64,000 nt of DNA from Minisyncoccia bacterium (GTDB taxonomy: Bacteria > Patescibacteriota > Minisyncoccia > Phycocordibacterales > Phycocordibacteraceae): positions 142,862 through 206,861 of the forward strand of contig JBBQZW010000001.1 of assembly GCA_038207395.1 (NCBI GenBank), given 5' to 3'. A program made the translations under genes and the position numbers. Positions within the stretch are counted from its first letter, which is position 1, and every line of letters starts with the position of its first letter. Positions 60,387-64,000 of this stretch are shown here, piece by piece. Under the pieces are notes generated by a model. The model made no database searches. It had not been told where the DNA came from and saw only the letters and a program-made list of their open reading frames with translations.

Positions 60387-60849
60387 ATTCCAGAAGCAGT
60401 TCTTGGACGAACTGCGGAAAGTACCGATCGTTCAAGTTGCGTGCGAGAAGACCGGCTTGTCTCGCAACAGTATCTATCGCTGGCGTAACGAAGATGCAGA
60501 GTTCCGCAAAGCTATGGAGGAAGCAATCGCCGAGGGTGAGGAACTTGTAAATGATATGAGTGAGGGTCAGCTACTCACACTTATCAAAGAGAAGAACTGG
60601 TCAGCGATTAGCTTCTGGCTTCGTAAGCGCAATCCCAAGTTCAAGGATCGCCTAGAGGTGGAAGTTGCACCTAAGCAAGAAGAACTCACGGAGGAACAGG
60701 AAGAGACTGTGCGTGAAGCTCTTCGACTTGCCTCTATGGATCCAACTATTAACCCTGTAACAGAAATCGACCATGGAACAGAACCCATTACCGACGCACC
60801 TGATGGAAACGATGCTGAAGGATCGGAAGGTCCGAACAGCGATCACTAA
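60373..60849 (+). CDS. HTH protein, probable terminase small subunit
   Basis: VQVACEKTGLSRNSIYRWRNED.EF; AISFWL; overlaps upstream MTase and downstream TerL. Confidence 0.7.
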   Translation: MKKNKFQKQFLDELRKVPIVQVACEKTGLSRNSIYRWRNEDAEFRKAMEEAIAEGEELVNDMSEGQLLTLIKEKNWSAISFWLRKRNPKFKDRLEVEVAPKQEELTEEQEETVREALRLASMDPTINPVTEIDHGTEPITDAPDGNDAEGSEGPNSDH

Positions 60850-62245
60850 AGAGAGCCATTGGTACTTCTTCCATTTCTACTTCGCTCACTATGTGAAGTA
60901 CCCGACCGCTCCTTTTCAAAAGGAGTTTATGGGGCTTTCAGAGCGCGAAGACGTGAAGAATCTCGTTGTGGTGGCCTTTCGCGGATCGGCGAAATCGACC
61001 ATCTTCACCATGTCCTATCCGATCTGGGCCATCCTCGGAAAGCAGCAAAAGAAATTCATTGTCATCCTGTCGCAAACACAGGCGCAAGCGAAACAGCATA
61101 TGATGAACCTTAGGCGTGAGCTTGAGGGTAATCCACTTCTCAAGAACGACCTCGGACCATTCCAAGAGGAGCGCAATGAATGGGGTGCAACTTCCCTTGT
61201 GTTCGGAAGGCATGGTGCTCGTATTACCGCCGTCTCAACGGAGCAGAGTGTTCGCGGCCTGCGTCATAATCAGCACCGGCCTGATCTCATAATAGGAGAC
61301 GACCTTGAAGATATTGCTTCCACAAAGACACGAGAGGGGCGTAATAAGACCTACGAGTGGCTAACGGGTGAAGTGATTCCTGCCGGAGACCGAAACACGC
61401 GCCTTATCGTGATCGGAAACCTTCTGCATGAGGATTCTCTCATTATGCGTCTACGCGAGGATATTGAGGGTAAAAGGATCGATGGAATGTTCAAAGCGTA
61501 TCCCCTTCTCGAAGGTCAGAAGATCTTATGGCCTGGAAAGTATCCGACAATGGAGGATATCGAGGAAGAGCAACGGAAAGCGGCAAACGATTACGCATGG
61601 CAACGCGAGTATCTTCTCAACATTGTTCCTGCGGAAGATCAGGTTATTGATCCGGCATGGATCCATTACTACGACGAGATTCCACCGCGCGTGCGGGTTT
61701 ATAGCGATGAGACTTACATGACGAATCTTGAAGTACGCATTGGTGTTGATCTGGCTATCTCGAAGCGCGATACCGCAGACTACACCGCGATGGTGCCAGC
61801 CCTCCTATACGAAAGGAAGAAGGGCTACGACATATACATTCTTCCGAAAATCATCAATAAGCGACTCTCATTCCCCGAAACTGTTGAGACGTGCAAGGTG
61901 ATAAACCAGTCGTACAAAGAGATCAAGGAATGGAACGGACCGGTGTTCGTGATTGAGGACGTAGCGTATCAAAGCGCCCTTCCCCAGCAGCTGAAGGCTG
62001 AAGGGCTCAGACAAATACACACAGTAAAACCGGGCAATGTAGATAAGCGCGCACGACTTATGCTGACCGCTAACCTTATCAAGACAGGAGTCGTAAAGTT
62101 TCCACGGCAAGGAGCCGAGCAATTAATTCAGCAGATAGTCCATTTCGGTGTTGAGAAACATGACGACCTTGCGGATGCATTCTCAGCTCTCGTCTTGGAC
62201 GCGATTGCAGAGCCTCCAAGAACCTTCCGGATCTTTATGCTCTAG
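60773..62245 (+). CDS. Phage terminase large subunit
   Basis: FRGSAKST Walker A, VRG, LIIGDDLED Walker B, IGN..HED, IGVDLA, DYTA, HDDLADA nuclease motifs. Confidence 0.88.
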   Translation: MEQNPLPTHLMETMLKDRKVRTAITKESHWYFFHFYFAHYVKYPTAPFQKEFMGLSEREDVKNLVVVAFRGSAKSTIFTMSYPIWAILGKQQKKFIVILSQTQAQAKQHMMNLRRELEGNPLLKNDLGPFQEERNEWGATSLVFGRHGARITAVSTEQSVRGLRHNQHRPDLIIGDDLEDIASTKTREGRNKTYEWLTGEVIPAGDRNTRLIVIGNLLHEDSLIMRLREDIEGKRIDGMFKAYPLLEGQKILWPGKYPTMEDIEEEQRKAANDYAWQREYLLNIVPAEDQVIDPAWIHYYDEIPPRVRVYSDETYMTNLEVRIGVDLAISKRDTADYTAMVPALLYERKKGYDIYILPKIINKRLSFPETVETCKVINQSYKEIKEWNGPVFVIEDVAYQSALPQQLKAEGLRQIHTVKPGNVDKRARLMLTANLIKTGVVKFPRQGAEQLIQQIVHFGVEKHDDLADAFSALVLDAIAEPPRTFRIFML

Positions 62246-62277
62246 AGCAATTATTAGCGAACAGTAAGGCGATATAA

Positions 62278-62742
62278 CTAGTTCGTCTGCTCAACCGTAA
62301 CCTGCCAATTAATTCCACTTATAACCTGAACGAAGTAACGGCCGGGCTTGAGACTACGATACGTCGTCTGACCCTTACCTGCTTCTGATCCCTCAGTCAT
62401 TATAGAGAGACCTGGGCCAGTATATCCACCGTCTTCTTTCTCAAGACTGATGGCGGTATAGCTTCCTACCGATGAGCCTGTAGTGGTAGCAGTAATACGA
62501 ACCTTGTCACTTGTAACATCGAACGATTCACTATTCTGATTCCCCTTTCCTTTAAGGGTGTTAACTTGTGTCCAAAGCTCTTCCTTTGGAGCGGCGTTAT
62601 TTGCAGTACTTCCACTCGTTGAGTCTTTCGAGCCACCGAGTGATCCGATAAGTATGAGAACAAGAATTGCGTACACTACGAACATTCTCTTCTTCAGGTA
62701 CCACTTCTTTTCTGGCTTCTGCCCGTTTACTTCTTGAGACAT
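62278..62742 (-). CDS. Membrane-anchored hypothetical protein
   Basis: KKWYLKK + TM + beta-rich domain. Confidence 0.7.
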   Translation of the reverse strand: MSQEVNGQKPEKKWYLKKRMFVVYAILVLILIGSLGGSKDSTSGSTANNAAPKEELWTQVNTLKGKGNQNSESFDVTSDKVRITATTTGSSVGSYTAISLEKEDGGYTGPGLSIMTEGSEAGKGQTTYRSLKPGRYFVQVISGINWQVTVEQTN

Positions 62743-62793
62743 ATATAAGTTGTTGGTTCGGTTTTCTTCTAATCTCCCGATGGCCAGATACAC

Positions 62794-62883
62794 AAAAATC
62801 CCGCCACCAGGAGGACCCTTGCGGGTATCCCTACCTAAGTTTCCCTAGGTAACCGAACCAACGACCCTGATGACGGGGTTTTT
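62794..62883 (-). ncRNA. Candidate structured RNA (multi-stem, two GNRA tetraloops)
   Basis: Minus strand: closing stem aaaaaccccgtcatcagg/cctggtggcgggattttt enclosing cctagg-GAAA-cttagg and accc-GCAA-gggt. Confidence 0.45.
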
Positions 62884-63086
62884 ACGTTGGTTTGGGTTTT
62901 CGACCATATCCTTTGAAATCAAAGGGGTTAGGCCATTTCTATTCAATTGTCCGTAATATGGTTGCCCCTACTACCTCTTCATAAGATGGCAGTCCGGTTG
63001 TTCTGCTAAGCCCTCCACGACCATGCTACGAATCACTAGTTTTGCATAGACTATGCATCATCCCCTGGTCTGGCATCAATTAATAG

Positions 63087-63389
63087 GTGGAGGACAGGGA
63101 CGAAATAGTAGATAAAGCAGCCCATTACCGTTTTACGAAGGAAGCCGATAGTGCTTATCTGAATAGGATTTCCCTACTTCCAAATTCTAAGAAGGATCTG
63201 AAGAGAGCGATCTTGGAAAGAATTGAGGTCTTGGTTACCGCCTATAGCTCTCTTGCGAGCTACGTGCCAGACGAGCTGATTGATTGGCTCAATTCGCACC
63301 AAGGAAGCGATAAGAGCAAGAAGGTGTATTTAGGCGTACTTCGGGATATGGAAAAGCTTCGGGTAGAAGCTTTGAGCAAATTGAAATAA
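63087..63389 (+). CDS. Hypothetical protein
   Basis: 100-aa ORF ending 5 nt before recombinase start. Confidence 0.55.
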   Translation: MEDRDEIVDKAAHYRFTKEADSAYLNRISLLPNSKKDLKRAILERIEVLVTAYSSLASYVPDELIDWLNSHQGSDKSKKVYLGVLRDMEKLRVEALSKLK

Positions 63390-63394
63390 TCTTT

Positions 63395-64000
63395 ATGAAA
63401 ACTTTAGAAACTTCTCAGATTGGGTTATCACCCACAATTATTGAAGAGAAAATCAAATACTGTCTGTACGCTCGTAAATCGACTGAATCAGATGAGAAAC
63501 AGGCTCTTTCGATTGAGTCTCAGATAAAGGAAATGCTTCAGATAGCTGAACGAGAAAACCTGGATATAGCAGATATTAGACGAGAGTCGCATTCAGCTAA
63601 AGATTCAGGACAACGCCCCGTCTATCAGGAACTATTGGAAGACATCCGGCGACAACGATTCAACGCCATTCTAACGTGGGCACCTGACCGATTAAGTAGA
63701 AATGCTGGAGACCTAGGAACACTCGTAGATCTCATGGATCAAAAGCTCCTCCTAGAGATTCGCACGTATGGACAACATTTTAGGAATTCCCCTAACGAAA
63801 AGTTTCTTCTAATGATTCTTTGCTCCCAAGCAAAACTTGAGAACGATAATAAGAGTATCAATGTTAAGAGGGGTCTAAAGACACGAGTAGAGATGGGACT
63901 TCTGCCCGGACGCGCGCCAACTGGTTATCTAAAGGAGCAGCGAATGGACAGGAAGTGCGAAAGTATCCTAGACCCTGACCGAGCCATGGTTATAAAGAAG
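63395..64000 (+). CDS. Large serine recombinase (5' part, runs off window end)
   Basis: Not in ORF track: YCLYARKSTESDEKQALSIESQ, ESHSAK..GQRP, WAPDRLSRN, SINVKRGL...G..PGRAPTGY. Confidence 0.92.
   Translation, partial: MKTLETSQIGLSPTIIEEKIKYCLYARKSTESDEKQALSIESQIKEMLQIAERENLDIADIRRESHSAKDSGQRPVYQELLEDIRRQRFNAILTWAPDRLSRNAGDLGTLVDLMDQKLLLEIRTYGQHFRNSPNEKFLLMILCSQAKLENDNKSINVKRGLKTRVEMGLLPGRAPTGYLKEQRMDRKCESILDPDRAMVIKK

Overview
Bacterial chromosome segment. Gene content and style (compact, mostly leaderless genes, many ORFans) suggest Patescibacteria/CPR (Parcubacteria-like); this is inference. About 1-53.5 kb holds housekeeping, repair, redox and transport genes (class II RNR, photolyase, tRNA-Ser, htpX/lemA, groESL, secG, RNase J, mutY, radC, msrA/msrAB, uppP, MFS/ABC/P-type transporters), interspersed with monocistronic ORFans. 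From about 53.6 kb to the window end lies an accessory island with three parts. (i) Three single genes each bracketed by a degenerate ~25-35 bp direct repeat. (ii) A diversity-generating retroelement (DGR) with reverse transcriptase, an oppositely oriented Avd-like gene overlapping the RT 5' end at a C10 tract, a 118-bp template repeat (57223-57340), and a 118-bp variable repeat (57681-57798) differing at 15 positions, all TR adenines; it also has a 12-bp downstream hairpin and a frameshifted target gene. (iii) A ParB-methyltransferase / small terminase-like / large terminase / serine recombinase module with no portal or capsid gene in view. All calls come from reading the sequence and from motif recall; no database searches were run.
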